A DNA stretch of 64,000 nt from positions 380 to 64,379 of the forward strand of contig JBEBHQ010000006.1 in assembly GCA_040080805.1 (NCBI GenBank), in the 5' to 3' direction. Numbering within the stretch: position 1 is the stretch's first letter; every line of letters begins with the position of its first letter. The notes below the pieces were generated by a model that was not told the origin of the DNA, ran no database searches, and saw only the letters and a list, made by a program, of their open reading frames with translations. Source of the stretch: Terricaulis sp. Its GTDB lineage: Bacteria > Pseudomonadota > Alphaproteobacteria > Caulobacterales > Aquidulcibacteraceae. Below, piece after piece: positions 31,274 to 43,757 of the stretch. Both the position numbers and the translations under genes were made by a program.

Positions 31274-32419
31274 ATGGTGGGTTACATGGCACGAGGCGCA
31301 GCACGCGCCAGCGCCCTTGTCGCGTGCGCGACGGGAGCGCTTGCGGTCTTTTTGGGGGCGGCCGACGCCCAGACCACGCGCAATATCTCCCAAGTCGAAC
31401 GCGACCGCCGCGCGGAATCCACACGCGCCGAGCAATTGCGCGCGCAGGCTGACGCCGCCCGCAGCGAAGTTGGCGTGCTTGACACACGGTTGGTCGAGTC
31501 CGGGCGCCGGCGCGCCGAAGCTGAAGCCGCCGCAACTGCCGCCGAGGCGCGCCTAGCAGCGCTCCAGCTCCGCATTGACGAAGGCGCCCTCCATCGACGC
31601 AATGCCCGCGACGCCTTCGAGGCCGCACTGATCACGGCGGCGTTCGCACAACACAGGATCGAGCCACGCGTCGTGCGCGCCGGCATCTTTGCGCGGGCAG
31701 CCGCGCCGGCGTTCAACGCGCAAGAGCGCCGGAGTGGGCGGGCCCTCGCCGAGGCGCGGAACCTCGCGGCGCAAGCCACTGAAGAACGAGCCCTTTTGGC
31801 TGACGCGCAAATGGCGATCGATGCGGAACGCTCGGAACTGACATCTTTGTTGGCCCGCCGGCGCGCTTCGCAAGCGCAACTGACGAGCGATGCCGCCGCT
31901 GCCGAGCGGCGCGCGCGAACGTTTGCCGCCGAAGCCCGTACGCTGCGTGAATTGGCCCAACGGGTGCAACCGGCCGCCGCGAGGCGCGCCACGCCTGGCA
32001 TCGCGACCGTCCCCACGGCTTGGCTCGCGCCTGCGGAAGGCCGCATCACCCGTGGTTTTGGCGTCCGCATCGGCCAGGGGCCGGCTTCGCAGGGCGCGAC
32101 CTTGCGAACCCGCGCCAGCGCGCAGGTGGTATCCCCCGCAGCGGGCGAAGTGACCTATGCCGGCACGTTCCGCAGCTACGGGAACGTCTTGATCCTGAAC
32201 CTGGACGGGGGGTACGCTGTGGTCCTGACCGGACTGGAAGCCATGAGGGCCAGGGTCGGTGAAACGGTGCGGGCGGGCCAGCCTATTGGCGAAATGCCAG
32301 CTTCTGACACGCCGGCGCCGGAATTGTATGTAGAAGTTCGACGGAATGGCCAAGTGGTCGATCCGGGACGCTGGCTCAACGCACGCGGGCTTGCGGCGGG
32401 GAGCCCCCGGACCGGTTAG
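31274..32419 (+). CDS. M23-family peptidoglycan DD-metalloendopeptidase / EnvC-like murein hydrolase activator
   Basis: Signal peptide, long coiled-coil region rich in A/R/E, and a C-terminal LytM/M23 domain (VVSPAAGEVTYAGTFRSYGNVLILNLDGGY). Confidence 0.85.
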   Translation: MVGYMARGAARASALVACATGALAVFLGAADAQTTRNISQVERDRRAESTRAEQLRAQADAARSEVGVLDTRLVESGRRRAEAEAAATAAEARLAALQLRIDEGALHRRNARDAFEAALITAAFAQHRIEPRVVRAGIFARAAAPAFNAQERRSGRALAEARNLAAQATEERALLADAQMAIDAERSELTSLLARRRASQAQLTSDAAAAERRARTFAAEARTLRELAQRVQPAAARRATPGIATVPTAWLAPAEGRITRGFGVRIGQGPASQGATLRTRASAQVVSPAAGEVTYAGTFRSYGNVLILNLDGGYAVVLTGLEAMRARVGETVRAGQPIGEMPASDTPAPELYVEVRRNGQVVDPGRWLNARGLAAGSPRTG

Positions 32420-32454
32420 GGCAAATCGGGCGCGCCGCCCGGGGAGAGCAGGGA

Positions 32455-33765
32455 ATGCGCGTAACGTGGATTGCGGCGCCAATTGTTGGTTTGGCGGTTT
32501 GCGTCGGTGCGCTGGCATGGTCCGCGCCTGAAGATCGCGGTCGCGGCGACATTTACCGTGAACTCGAATTGTTCGCCGACGTGCTCGCCCGCGTTGAGCA
32601 AGATTACGTAACCGAAATCGATGAGCAGGAAGCGATGGAAGCGGCCATCCAGGGCATGCTCGCCTCGCTCGACCCGCACTCTTCTTACATGGACGCCGCC
32701 GAATACCGTGACATGCAGGTGCAGACGCGCGGCGAATATGGTGGGCTCGGTATTGAAGTCACCAGCGAAGACGGCGTCGTCCGGGTGGTTTCTCCCATCG
32801 ACGACACGCCGGCTTCGCGCGCGGGCATCCTCGCGGGCGACTATCTCACAGCAGTCGACGGTGAAAGCATTGTCGGCCTTACTGTGAATGACGCCGTGCG
32901 CCTGATGCGCGGCGACGCCGGCACCAACATCACCGTCACAATCGCGCGTGAAGGGGTTGAGCAATTCGACGTCACACTGACGCGCGAAATCATAAATGTG
33001 CGCGCGGTCACCGCCCGCCTTGAAGGCGGAGACGTGGGGATCATTCGGATTTCGACGTTCAATGAGCGCACTGGCGATATGCTGGCTGAGGCCATTCGCA
33101 CGCTGCGCCGCGACGCGGGCGCGCGCCTGCGCGGCGTGGTCGTGGATCTGCGTAACAATCCAGGCGGTTTGCTCGACCAAGCCATCGAGGTCTCGGATGC
33201 GTTCCTCGATGGCGGCGAAGTGGTTTCAACCCGCGGGCGCCAAGCAGCAGACGTGCAGCGCTACAACGCCCGCCGTGGTGATGACCTCGCCGGCGTGCCG
33301 GTCGTGGTGCTGATCAACGGCGCCTCCGCCTCCGCCGCCGAAATCGTCGCCGGCGCGCTACAGGATCGCAACCGCGCGCTGATCGTCGGCACCACATCGT
33401 TCGGCAAGGGCTCGGTGCAAACCGTCATCCCATTGGAAGGCGGCCGCGATGGCGCGCTGCGGCTCACGACGGCGCGCTATTACACCCCGGCGGGCCGCTC
33501 GATCCAAGGCGCGGGCATCGACCCGGACATGGAAGTCTCGGCGCGCCGTGTGAGCGCCGAACAGCTTCGCCGCCTCGGCCTCTCGGAAGCAGATCTGCCG
33601 AACGCGCTCAACAATGAATCGGGCGCGCAACGTCGAGCGCCGCACGTGCCGCAAGATCAGCCGCCGGAAAATTGGGACACTGCGGAAGATTACCAATTGA
33701 AGCGCGCGACCGATTTCCTGCGCCAAGGCTTGGTTGCCGAGCGTTTGCGGGAGCGCGCCGGCTAG
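32455..33765 (+). CDS. ctpA: S41-family carboxy-terminal processing protease
   Basis: PDZ region GIEV...VVSPIDDTPASRAGI..GD and the S41 catalytic region NGASASAAEIVAGALQD...GTTSFGKGSVQ. Confidence 0.92.
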   Translation: MRVTWIAAPIVGLAVCVGALAWSAPEDRGRGDIYRELELFADVLARVEQDYVTEIDEQEAMEAAIQGMLASLDPHSSYMDAAEYRDMQVQTRGEYGGLGIEVTSEDGVVRVVSPIDDTPASRAGILAGDYLTAVDGESIVGLTVNDAVRLMRGDAGTNITVTIAREGVEQFDVTLTREIINVRAVTARLEGGDVGIIRISTFNERTGDMLAEAIRTLRRDAGARLRGVVVDLRNNPGGLLDQAIEVSDAFLDGGEVVSTRGRQAADVQRYNARRGDDLAGVPVVVLINGASASAAEIVAGALQDRNRALIVGTTSFGKGSVQTVIPLEGGRDGALRLTTARYYTPAGRSIQGAGIDPDMEVSARRVSAEQLRRLGLSEADLPNALNNESGAQRRAPHVPQDQPPENWDTAEDYQLKRATDFLRQGLVAERLRERAG

Positions 33766-33850
33766 CGCCCGTTAACACACGGTAAATCAACATTAATCGC
33801 GGTTTTGGCGCTAGTGACGTACGCGCCGAATTGGGCGATGTTTCGCGTCA

Positions 33851-35059
33851 ATGATTCGCCTGCCATTCAGCGCGCAAACGCGCGGGCCCGCGCGAAGGTC
33901 CGTGACGCCGCAAAACCAACGACGCTTGCCGCAGATCAATCACAGGATCGCGGCACTCGCCGCAAGCGGCGCGTTGGCCCTTACCGCCTTCCTTGCGATC
34001 CAGGTGTTCGGTGATCCGGGCGCTGCCGGCCCGCGACGCGTTGTCTCGCTGACGCCCTCGGCGGCGGCGGCGGATGCGCCGCGCATGTCGTTCACGGACG
34101 CCGCCGTAGAAGGCTCGGAGCTGGAGCAATTCTCGCTCGATGATTTGCCCCAGGTTCCCGGCGCTGAAATTGGCGAGATCGACTCAAGCGGCCAATTGCG
34201 CGTCGCTGTCGTCGAGGCGCCCGAGGCCAGCGTTCGCCCCGTCGCCCCGCCTCTGCCGCGCGCGCCGTTCGCGGGACTGACCGAGGCCGGCCCGAACGGC
34301 CCTCTGCCCATCGTCGCCGCCAATGGACGCACGCCGGCGCAAGCCTATGCGCGCCCGTTCACCGCCCAACAGGCGCGGCCGATGATCGCCGTCGTCATCG
34401 GCGGCCTCGGTTTCAATGCTGTCGCCACCACCCAGGCGATCGACGAATTGCCCGCGGAAGTTACGCTTTCCTTTGTGCCGTACGCCTCCAACCTACAGAG
34501 CTGGATCGACCGCGCACGTGCGCGCGGGCACGAGGTTTTGCTTGAGTTGCCGATGGAGCCGTTCGATCCTGATGCGGACGATACCGGCCCACAAACACTG
34601 CTCTCCTCGGCGACCGCGCCGCAAAATATTTCGCGGCTCGAGCAATTGTTATCACGAGGCGCTGGCTATTTTGGCGTCACCAATTATCAAGGCGCGCGTT
34701 TCGCCACCTCCGCGCAAGCGTCCCAACCCGTAGTGCAGGCGTTGCGCCGCCGTGGACTTGTGTTCATCTCATCGGGCATCGGCCAACGCACCGCGCTGAG
34801 CGTGGAGGCGCAACGCGCGGGCCTCACCAACACCGCCGCCGACCGCATCATTGATGCGCGCCGCGAAGCCGACGCGATCGACGACCAATTGCTCAATCTT
34901 GAGGCGTTGGCGCTGCAAAATCAGAGCGCAATCGGCGCCGGATTCGCTTATCCTGTGACCATGGAGCAGGTTGGCCGCTGGTCTCGTGATGTGAGTGCGC
35001 GCGGTTACCAATTGGCGCCCGCCTCCGCTGTGCTGAGCGCGCGCGCCGCGCGCAGATGA
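33851..35059 (+). CDS. Divergent polysaccharide deacetylase family protein (YibQ-like)
   Basis: N-terminal TM anchor. The C-terminal domain IAVVIGGLGFN...LSFVPYA...GHEVLLELPMEP...NYQGARF resembles the divergent deacetylase family. Confidence 0.8.
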   Translation: MIRLPFSAQTRGPARRSVTPQNQRRLPQINHRIAALAASGALALTAFLAIQVFGDPGAAGPRRVVSLTPSAAAADAPRMSFTDAAVEGSELEQFSLDDLPQVPGAEIGEIDSSGQLRVAVVEAPEASVRPVAPPLPRAPFAGLTEAGPNGPLPIVAANGRTPAQAYARPFTAQQARPMIAVVIGGLGFNAVATTQAIDELPAEVTLSFVPYASNLQSWIDRARARGHEVLLELPMEPFDPDADDTGPQTLLSSATAPQNISRLEQLLSRGAGYFGVTNYQGARFATSAQASQPVVQALRRRGLVFISSGIGQRTALSVEAQRAGLTNTAADRIIDARREADAIDDQLLNLEALALQNQSAIGAGFAYPVTMEQVGRWSRDVSARGYQLAPASAVLSARAARR

Positions 35060-35556
35060 CTATCGCAAAAGATTCCAAGCTCTATCGCCCGAATGTTGGT
35101 CTCGCGTTGTTTCATCGTGATGGGCCTGTGTTTCTTGGCAAGCGTCAGGCCACCGCCGGCCCCTACCAGTGGCAGATGCCCCAAGGCGGCGTGGACAAAG
35201 GCGAAACACCGCTGCAGGCGGCTTTTCGCGAGCTTGAAGAAGAGGTCGGCGTGCAGGCCAAACACGCTGAATTGCTCGAAGAAACAGCTGATTGGCTATA
35301 TTACGAATTTCCAATGGACCTGCGCAAGAAAATGAAACAACGCGGGCGCTATATTGGGCAAATGCAGAAATGGTTCGCGTTCCGGTTCAAGGGCCGTGAC
35401 GCCGACATCAGACTCGATACACATACCCCGGAGTTCGAAGACTGGCGCTGGGCGGCGCTCGAGACAACGCCGGAGCTTGTGATACCATTCAAGCGCGCCA
35501 CCTACGAAGAGGTGGCGCAACGTTTCAAGAAATTCAGCGTGGGGGAATCCAAATGA
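35056..35556 (+). CDS. rppH: RNA pyrophosphohydrolase (Nudix)
   Basis: YRPNVGLALF...WQMPQGGVDKGETPLQAAFRELEEEVG Nudix box. ATGA overlap with the upstream gene. Confidence 0.92.
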   Translation: MTIAKDSKLYRPNVGLALFHRDGPVFLGKRQATAGPYQWQMPQGGVDKGETPLQAAFRELEEEVGVQAKHAELLEETADWLYYEFPMDLRKKMKQRGRYIGQMQKWFAFRFKGRDADIRLDTHTPEFEDWRWAALETTPELVIPFKRATYEEVAQRFKKFSVGESK

Positions 35557-35593
35557 CCGTCTGCCCTATGGGCGCCGCCAGAGCGCCCTTCGC

Positions 35594-36442
35594 ATGAAAA
35601 AATCATCAATCGCAACACCGATCGTGTTTGTACACGGCGCGTTTTGCGGTGGGTGGGCGTTCGATACATTCCGCGAGTCATTTGAGGCCGCGGGATTCGA
35701 AACCCACGCTCCCAACCTTCCACATCACGAACGCGGCGCTGACCTTGAGCAACTCGCGCAAACCGGGCTCAAGGAATACGCTCAAAGTATCGGGCAATAC
35801 GCGCGTGAGCTGCGCGCGCCCCCGGTGCTGATCGGACATTCGTTAGGTGGCCTGGTGGTTCAACTCGCGGCGATGCAGGCGCCTGTCGCGGGCCTTGTGT
35901 TGCTTGCGCCGTCCGCGCCGTGGGGCGTGCCGCCGACGACGCTCGACGAGCACGGCAACCATTTCGGCCTTTCACTGCTGGGTGATTATTGGCGCAGGCC
36001 GGTGCCACCGGATTTCCGAGTCGCGCGCGCAACCACCATCGACCGCTTGTCACGCGACGACGCCCGCCGCACCTTCGCGCGCTTCGTCCCGGAATCAGGC
36101 CGCGCCATCCGCGAAGCGGTGCAATGGTGGCTCGACACTTCGATGGCCGGGCAAGCGCCGGTGTATCGTATCGCGGCGCCGGTGCTGGGGCTTGCGGGCG
36201 GACGCGACAGGGTCAACCCAGCCTCCACGATACGGCGTGTCATTGCACGCTTTCCCGGCGACCAGGCGCATTTCCACGAGTTTTCCGAGATGAGCCATTG
36301 GCTGGTCGGCGAGCCCGAAACGCCCGACGTCGCCAAGCTCACGCTGCAATGGCTGGAAGCACGCGGCATCGGCGCCAAGCCTGCACGTGCAAAGCGCAAA
36401 CAGCTCTCGCTGTTTGGCTTCGGCGATAGCGCGGGGGCTTAA
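35594..36442 (+). CDS. Alpha/beta hydrolase
   Basis: IVFVHGAF... and the nucleophile elbow GHSLGG. Confidence 0.8.
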   Translation: MKKSSIATPIVFVHGAFCGGWAFDTFRESFEAAGFETHAPNLPHHERGADLEQLAQTGLKEYAQSIGQYARELRAPPVLIGHSLGGLVVQLAAMQAPVAGLVLLAPSAPWGVPPTTLDEHGNHFGLSLLGDYWRRPVPPDFRVARATTIDRLSRDDARRTFARFVPESGRAIREAVQWWLDTSMAGQAPVYRIAAPVLGLAGGRDRVNPASTIRRVIARFPGDQAHFHEFSEMSHWLVGEPETPDVAKLTLQWLEARGIGAKPARAKRKQLSLFGFGDSAGA

Positions 36443-37407
36443 GGCGGCGGCGCGCTTTTCGAGCGGAGCGTGATCAGCACGATTTCAGGCGGGTTTAGAA
36501 AACGCACGGGAAGAATACTCGTGCCGATTCCGGCGGTGACGTAGATGATCTTGCCATTCTCGCGCGTGAGGTGACACGCAAAGCGTTTGTTGCGCAGAGG
36601 AAGGATTGGCCGTCCGATAAACGGGAAGGTCACCTGCCCACAATGGCCGTGCCCCGCCAACATCAACGCCGATCCCGCTTCGGCCTCCGCGAACGGATCA
36701 GGCGAATGGCTGATGACAATCGTATCACGACGAGGGGCGCCATCGAGGGCCGCAGCCAAATCGGGGTCACCGGTGTCTTCGTCAGCCAAACCGACGACGA
36801 CAAAACTGCCGTCGCGCCGAGCGATGACGACATTGCGATTCCAAAGTGTCGCGACACCAGCCTCCTCCATCGCGCGCGCAATGCTCTGACGCCCGTACCA
36901 GGAATCGTGGTTGCCGAGCACGCCAACCACGCCAAACGGTGCGTTGAAAGCTGCAAAGGTCGCGATGCCGCCCAACACCTCGGATTGCGCCAAACCCGTG
37001 CGCTGCGCTTCCGGCTCATGGCTGCCAGCATAATCTCCCAACAGCACGACAAGATCAGGGTGCAGCGCATTCACACGCCGGACGATGCGCCCCATGCGCG
37101 CCGCGTCAACGTGGGGGCTCGCGACATGGGTGTCGCCAAGGGCGGCGATAAAGATGGGCGCACCGTGCCATTCGGCGCTGACGATTTCGACACGGCGCAC
37201 GACCAGCATGTTCGGCTCGATCAGCCAAGCATATACGTTGAGCAGATACGCAGTGGCGAACAGCGCCAACCCCGCGCCCGCAACCCAACGCTTATACGGC
37301 CCCCAATTCTCCCAGCATCGCACCAGCCAGAGGCTCGACAGGGCGATCACAATCAGACCAGCAACGGCGCCTATTAAGGCTGGCCAGAGTTGGGGGTGCG
37401 GAAGCAT
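36439..37407 (-). CDS. Membrane-anchored metallophosphoesterase
   Basis: Three N-terminal TM helices, then calcineurin-like motifs GDTH, GDYAG, GNHD, GHGH. Confidence 0.85.
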   Translation of the reverse strand: MLPHPQLWPALIGAVAGLIVIALSSLWLVRCWENWGPYKRWVAGAGLALFATAYLLNVYAWLIEPNMLVVRRVEIVSAEWHGAPIFIAALGDTHVASPHVDAARMGRIVRRVNALHPDLVVLLGDYAGSHEPEAQRTGLAQSEVLGGIATFAAFNAPFGVVGVLGNHDSWYGRQSIARAMEEAGVATLWNRNVVIARRDGSFVVVGLADEDTGDPDLAAALDGAPRRDTIVISHSPDPFAEAEAGSALMLAGHGHCGQVTFPFIGRPILPLRNKRFACHLTRENGKIIYVTAGIGTSILPVRFLNPPEIVLITLRSKSAPPP

Positions 37408-37425
37408 GCGCCCTCCCTGACCGCC

Positions 37426-37827
37426 CTAGCGCGTCATCGCCGCTTTCATCGCCTCGAGCCGCGACAACGCGCGCTGCGTTGTTTCGCGCTGTGCGTCGCT
37501 GGCGGCGTCGCGCACGTCATCCTGTGCGTTCTTGAGCTGTTGCTCGAATTGCGCGGGATCTATCTCGGCCAGATCGATCGCTTCTTCCGCCAACACCGAC
37601 AGGCCCTCCGGCGTTACATCGGCGAAGCCGCCATTGACGAAGATGCGCCGCTCGGCGCCGTCGTTCATCACCCGCAGCGCGCCCGGCTTAATCATGCTCA
37701 TCACCGGCGCGTGGTTCGGCGAAACGCCGAACTCACCTTCCGAGCCAGGCACGACAACATGATCCACCTCGCCATGGAACAACTCACGCTCCGGCGAGAC
37801 GAGGGCGAAAGAGAGTTTATCAGCCAT
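37426..37827 (-). CDS. atpC: F0F1 ATP synthase subunit epsilon
   Basis: 133 aa. LVSPERELFHGEVDHVVVPGSEGEFGV..NHAP is typical of AtpC. Confidence 0.93.
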   Translation of the reverse strand: MADKLSFALVSPERELFHGEVDHVVVPGSEGEFGVSPNHAPVMSMIKPGALRVMNDGAERRIFVNGGFADVTPEGLSVLAEEAIDLAEIDPAQFEQQLKNAQDDVRDAASDAQRETTQRALSRLEAMKAAMTR

Positions 37828-37830
37828 GCT

Positions 37831-38031
37831 CTAGAACCAGCCCTTTTTCTTCTTGGGCTGATCTGGCTCTGACGCCGGCGGCGGGGTAGCTGCGCGCGGC
37901 GGCGGCGCCTGCCGGGCGCTTTGCTGCGGAGCTGGCGCTGCCGCCGGGCGCGCCTGAGAGGGCGCCGCGCCCTTTTGGGCGGGAGACGCAGCGGGCTGTT
38001 TTGCCCCGAGTTTATCCACGAACCACGTCAT
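37831..38031 (-). CDS. Small proline/alanine-rich hypothetical protein wedged between atpD and atpC
   Basis: 66-aa ORF with a canonical GGAGG 7 nt upstream of the ATG. It starts 15 nt after the atpD stop and ends 3 nt before the atpC ATG. Low-complexity body with a KKKKGWF tail. Confidence 0.5.
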   Translation of the reverse strand: MTWFVDKLGAKQPAASPAQKGAAPSQARPAAAPAPQQSARQAPPPRAATPPPASEPDQPKKKKGWF

Positions 38032-38046
38032 CAGGTGTCCTCCGTT

Positions 38047-39900
<1,854 letters not shown>

Positions 39901-39904
<4 letters not shown>

Positions 39905-40779
39905 AACGCCTCCGCGCCGGAAATGATTTCAATCAGTTCCTTGGTGATGTTGGCTTGGCGCTGGCGGTTATAGCGAAGCGTCAGCTTTTTGATCAGATCG
40001 CCGGCATTGCGTGTGGCGTTGTCCATCGCCGACATCTGTGCGCCGTAGAAGCCGGCCTGATTTTCCAACAAGGCCTGCAGGATTTGGCCGTTCAGATAGC
40101 GCGGGAGCAATTCTTCGAGGATCTCCGCTTCGCCCGGCTCGTACTCGTACACGGCGCCCTTCAAATCAGGTGGGCTGACGCCTTCGGGAGCGCGCGCCGG
40201 GATCAGCTGCGCCACAGTCGGGGTTTGGCTGATCACCGATTTGAAGCGCGAGAAGATCAGTGTAGCGACATCAAATTCGCCCGCCTCGAACATCGCGCGC
40301 ACGGCATCGCCGACCACCCTTGCCGCATCCGCGCCGAGACTTCGATACGCCGAGAGATCAACGTACTTCACGATCAGCCCAGCATATTGGCGGCGCAACT
40401 GGTCGCGGCCCTTTTTGCCGACGCAAACGAGCTTCACGGTTTTGCCGGCGGCCTGCAGCTCGGCGATTTTTTCCCGCGCGCAGCGCACGATCTGCGTGTT
40501 GAACCCCCCGCACAAACCGCGCTCGGAGGTCGCGACCACAAGCAGGTGCACCTCGGCCTTGCCCGTCCCGCGCAGCAGCGGCGGCGCGCTCTCACCCGAA
40601 ACCGCCGCCGCCAAATTGGCGATCACCCGCGCCATGCGCGCGGCGTAAGGGCGCGCGGCCTCGGCTTGGCCCTGCGCCCGCTTCAGCTTCGCGGCCGCCA
40701 CCATCTGCATCGCCTTGGTGATTTTCTGCGTGGATTTCACGCTGGCGATACGATTACGGAATTCTTTTAAGCTCGGCAT
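39901..40779 (-). CDS. atpG: F0F1 ATP synthase subunit gamma
   Basis: 292 aa. [32 protein letters not shown] ... [15 protein letters not shown]. Confidence 0.96.
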
Positions 40780-40788
40780 GCCGGGTCC

Positions 40789-41436
40789 CTAACGCTGAGC
40801 AATGGCGAGGCGGCCGGCCACGCCAATGAAGAATGCGCCGATCGCGCCCTCAAGCCAGCGCAACAAAATTCGGTTCCAAGCAATAACGCGTGCGCGGCTG
40901 GCGGCGAAGGCGATGAAAGAAAGCCAGATCGCGCCAAACAGTGCATGGATGGCGATCAACAACACGCCGATCGAGGGCGCGCTTGGACCCGACGCAAATT
41001 GCGGCAAAGCGGCGAGGTAGAAGATTGCGACTTTGGGGTTGAGAATGTTGGTGAGCAAAGCGTGGCGGAATGGTTCAGCGAGCGTGTATGGGCGCGTCGG
41101 TCGCGCCATCGTCGGCGTCTGAAGCGTCCTTTCTGGCACGGGGGGTCCAAGCGCTCTCTGCAGGAATTGCACGCCCAGCCAAGCAAGGTAAAGCGCACCG
41201 GCAATTCTCACCGCGGTGAACAGGGCCGGCGCCGCCGCAAGGATCGCGAGCGCGCCAAAGCCGAACAAGGCCGCATACCACACAGCGCCCGCGAGAACGC
41301 CGGCAACCGCCGCGAACCCGAAACGCAGGCCGCCGCGCGCGCCGTGGCTCGCAACCAGAAACGTGTCCGGCCCCGGCGTCAGCGTCACGGCCAGCGCAAG
41401 CGCCGACCAGGCAAGGAGAGCACCAGGCTCGATCAC
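40789..41436 (-). CDS. LysE family amino-acid exporter
   Basis: About 215 aa from GTG 41436 (GTGA overlap with the atpA stop). [11 protein letters not shown] motif about 20 aa from the start and a six-TM profile. The longer track ORF would overlap atpA. Confidence 0.8.
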   Translation of the reverse strand: MIEPGALLAWSALALAVTLTPGPDTFLVASHGARGGLRFGFAAVAGVLAGAVWYAALFGFGALAILAAAPALFTAVRIAGALYLAWLGVQFLQRALGPPVPERTLQTPTMARPTRPYTLAEPFRHALLTNILNPKVAIFYLAALPQFASGPSAPSIGVLLIAIHALFGAIWLSFIAFAASRARVIAWNRILLRWLEGAIGAFFIGVAGRLAIAQR

Positions 41437-42971
41437 GCCGCGAACGATTTCGTGAACTCGTCCAGCGCCGCTTTGATTTTGTCTTCGATGCCGTCGGCTT
41501 TGATGTCTTTCTTGTCGCGGATCGAAGTCAACAGCGCGGCGTGTTTGGCGCGCAGCCACGCCACCAATTCGCTTTCGTAGCGCTGCACGGCGCTCGCTTC
41601 GACCTTATCGAGATAGCCGCGCGTGCCAGCGTAGATCAGCACAACTTGCTCTTCGACCGGGCATGGCGAGAATTGCGGCTGCTTCAGCAGCTCTGTCAGG
41701 CGCGCGCCGCGATTCAGGAGGCGCTGGGTTGCGGCGTCCAAATCCGAACCGAACTTCGCGAACGCCGCCATTTCGCGGTATTGCGCGAGTTCGCCCTTCA
41801 ACGGACCGGCGACCTGTTTCATCGCCTTGATCTGGGCGTTGCCGCCGACCCGCGACACCGAGATGCCGACGTTCAGTGCCGGGCGGATGCCTTGGTAGAA
41901 AAGATCAGTTTCGAGGAAGATTTGCCCGTCCGTGATCGAGATCACGTTGGTGGGGATGTAGGCCGAAACGTCGTTGGCCTGCGTCTCGATGATCGGCAGC
42001 GCCGTCAGCGAGCCGCCGCCATTGTCTTCGTTCAATTTCGCCGCGCGTTCCAGCAGGCGCGAGTGCAGATAGAACACGTCGCCCGGATAAGCTTCGCGGC
42101 CCGGCGGGCGGCGCAGCAGCAATGACATTTGACGATACGCTACCGCCTGCTTGGACAAATCGTCATAAATGATCAGCGCGTGCATGCCGTTGTCGCGGAA
42201 ATACTCGCCCATGGCGCAACCAGCGAACGGCGCAATGAATTGCAGCGGCGCGGGCTCCGAGGCCGTGGCGGCGACAATGATCGAATAGCTAAGCGCGCCT
42301 TTGTCCTCGAGCGTCTTGACCAGTTGCGCCACCGTCGAGCGCTTTTGGCCGATGACGACATAGATGCAGTAGAGCTTTTCCTTCTCGCTTAGATTTTTGT
42401 CGTGCGCTTCGCGTTGATACAAAATCGCATCGATGGCAACAGCGGTCTTGCCGGTCTGGCGGTCTCCGATGATCAGTTCGCGTTGGCCGCGGCCGATCGG
42501 GATCAGCGCATCGATCGCCTTGATGCCGGTTTGCATCGGCTCATGCACGGATTTGCGCGGGATGATGCCCGGCGCTTTCACATCAACGGTGCGGCGCTCG
42601 GCGGCCTTTATCGGCCCCTTGCCGTCGATCGGTTCGCCCAGCGGATTGACCACGCGACCGAGCAGCCCCTTGCCGACTGGCACGTCCACGATTTCGCCGA
42701 GGCGCTTGACGGTGTCGCCTTCCTTTAGGCCGCGGTCTTCGCCGAAGATCACGACGCCGACATTGTCGCGCTCAAGGTTCAGCGCCATGCCTTTCACGCC
42801 GCCCGGAAACTCGACCATCTCCCCCGCTTGGACGTTTTCAAGCCCGTAGACGCGGGCGATGCCGTCGCCGACAGACAGGATGCGGCCAATCTCGGCGACC
42901 TTGGCTTCGGCGCCAAAGCCCTTGATCTGCTCTTTCAGAATGGCGGAAATTTCAGCGGCGCGGACGTCCAT
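41433..42971 (-). CDS. atpA: F0F1 ATP synthase subunit alpha
   Basis: 512 aa with P-loop GDRQTGKT and a full-length match. Confidence 0.97.
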   Translation of the reverse strand: MDVRAAEISAILKEQIKGFGAEAKVAEIGRILSVGDGIARVYGLENVQAGEMVEFPGGVKGMALNLERDNVGVVIFGEDRGLKEGDTVKRLGEIVDVPVGKGLLGRVVNPLGEPIDGKGPIKAAERRTVDVKAPGIIPRKSVHEPMQTGIKAIDALIPIGRGQRELIIGDRQTGKTAVAIDAILYQREAHDKNLSEKEKLYCIYVVIGQKRSTVAQLVKTLEDKGALSYSIIVAATASEPAPLQFIAPFAGCAMGEYFRDNGMHALIIYDDLSKQAVAYRQMSLLLRRPPGREAYPGDVFYLHSRLLERAAKLNEDNGGGSLTALPIIETQANDVSAYIPTNVISITDGQIFLETDLFYQGIRPALNVGISVSRVGGNAQIKAMKQVAGPLKGELAQYREMAAFAKFGSDLDAATQRLLNRGARLTELLKQPQFSPCPVEEQVVLIYAGTRGYLDKVEASAVQRYESELVAWLRAKHAALLTSIRDKKDIKADGIEDKIKAALDEFTKSFAA

Positions 42972-42982
42972 GTTGATCCTCT

Positions 42983-43567
42983 TCAGGCGGATTTGAGCTG
43001 AAGACGCAGCGCGTCCAGCTTGGATTTTACGGAAGCATCGAATTGGCGAGAGCCGACGCGGACGACGAAGCCGCCGATAAGGCTCTCATCGACGCTCGTT
43101 TCAGCTTCGACCTTGGCGCCCAGTTGCTTGCCAAGCGCCTCGACGATGGCGGTTTTCTCCGTAGGCCCCAAAGGCCGGGCGGAGACGATCTCAACTTGGC
43201 GCGCGCCGCGGTCCAGGGCGACCAGCGCGCGATACGCCGATCCAATGCCGGGCAGTTCCGCGGCGCGGCGGTTGCTAGCGACGACACCGATGAGTTTGCG
43301 GCCCAGATCGCTAATGCCGAGCTTTGCCGCCACGGCTGTCAGCGCACGCGCTTTCTCCGCCGGGTCGATCAGCGGCGAGCGCGCCACACCGCGCAATTCC
43401 GCGCTCTGGAACCACGCCGCGGCGAGCTTGGCGAAATCCTGCTCGACAGCCTCTAAGCTCTTGGCTTCCTTAGCTAAATCGAAAGCCGCACGGGCATAGC
43501 GCGCCGCCGCTTCGGAAGCCTCGCCATCGAACCTGTCGGCCACTTCTGTCTCGCTAAATTCCGCCAC
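42983..43567 (-). CDS. atpH: F0F1 ATP synthase subunit delta (OSCP)
   Basis: 194 aa. OSCP-like ([11 protein letters not shown]..., C-terminal [20 protein letters not shown]). Lies directly upstream of atpA. Confidence 0.9.
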   Translation of the reverse strand: MAEFSETEVADRFDGEASEAAARYARAAFDLAKEAKSLEAVEQDFAKLAAAWFQSAELRGVARSPLIDPAEKARALTAVAAKLGISDLGRKLIGVVASNRRAAELPGIGSAYRALVALDRGARQVEIVSARPLGPTEKTAIVEALGKQLGAKVEAETSVDESLIGGFVVRVGSRQFDASVKSKLDALRLQLKSA

Positions 43568-43757
43568 GGGCGGCTCCGATCAGTTCGGAGCGCCCGTGGC
43601 TGGGTGACGCCGCTTGGGAAACCCCAAACGCCTAGCGGCCGCGATGCAATGCGCGCAGCCCCTGACGCGCGCGCGGATTACCATGCCGTGTTCGGACTTG
43701 ACAACCGGCCCCGCGCCCCCCCGATCAGCGACAAAATCGCCGGGGGGAAATGACCAA

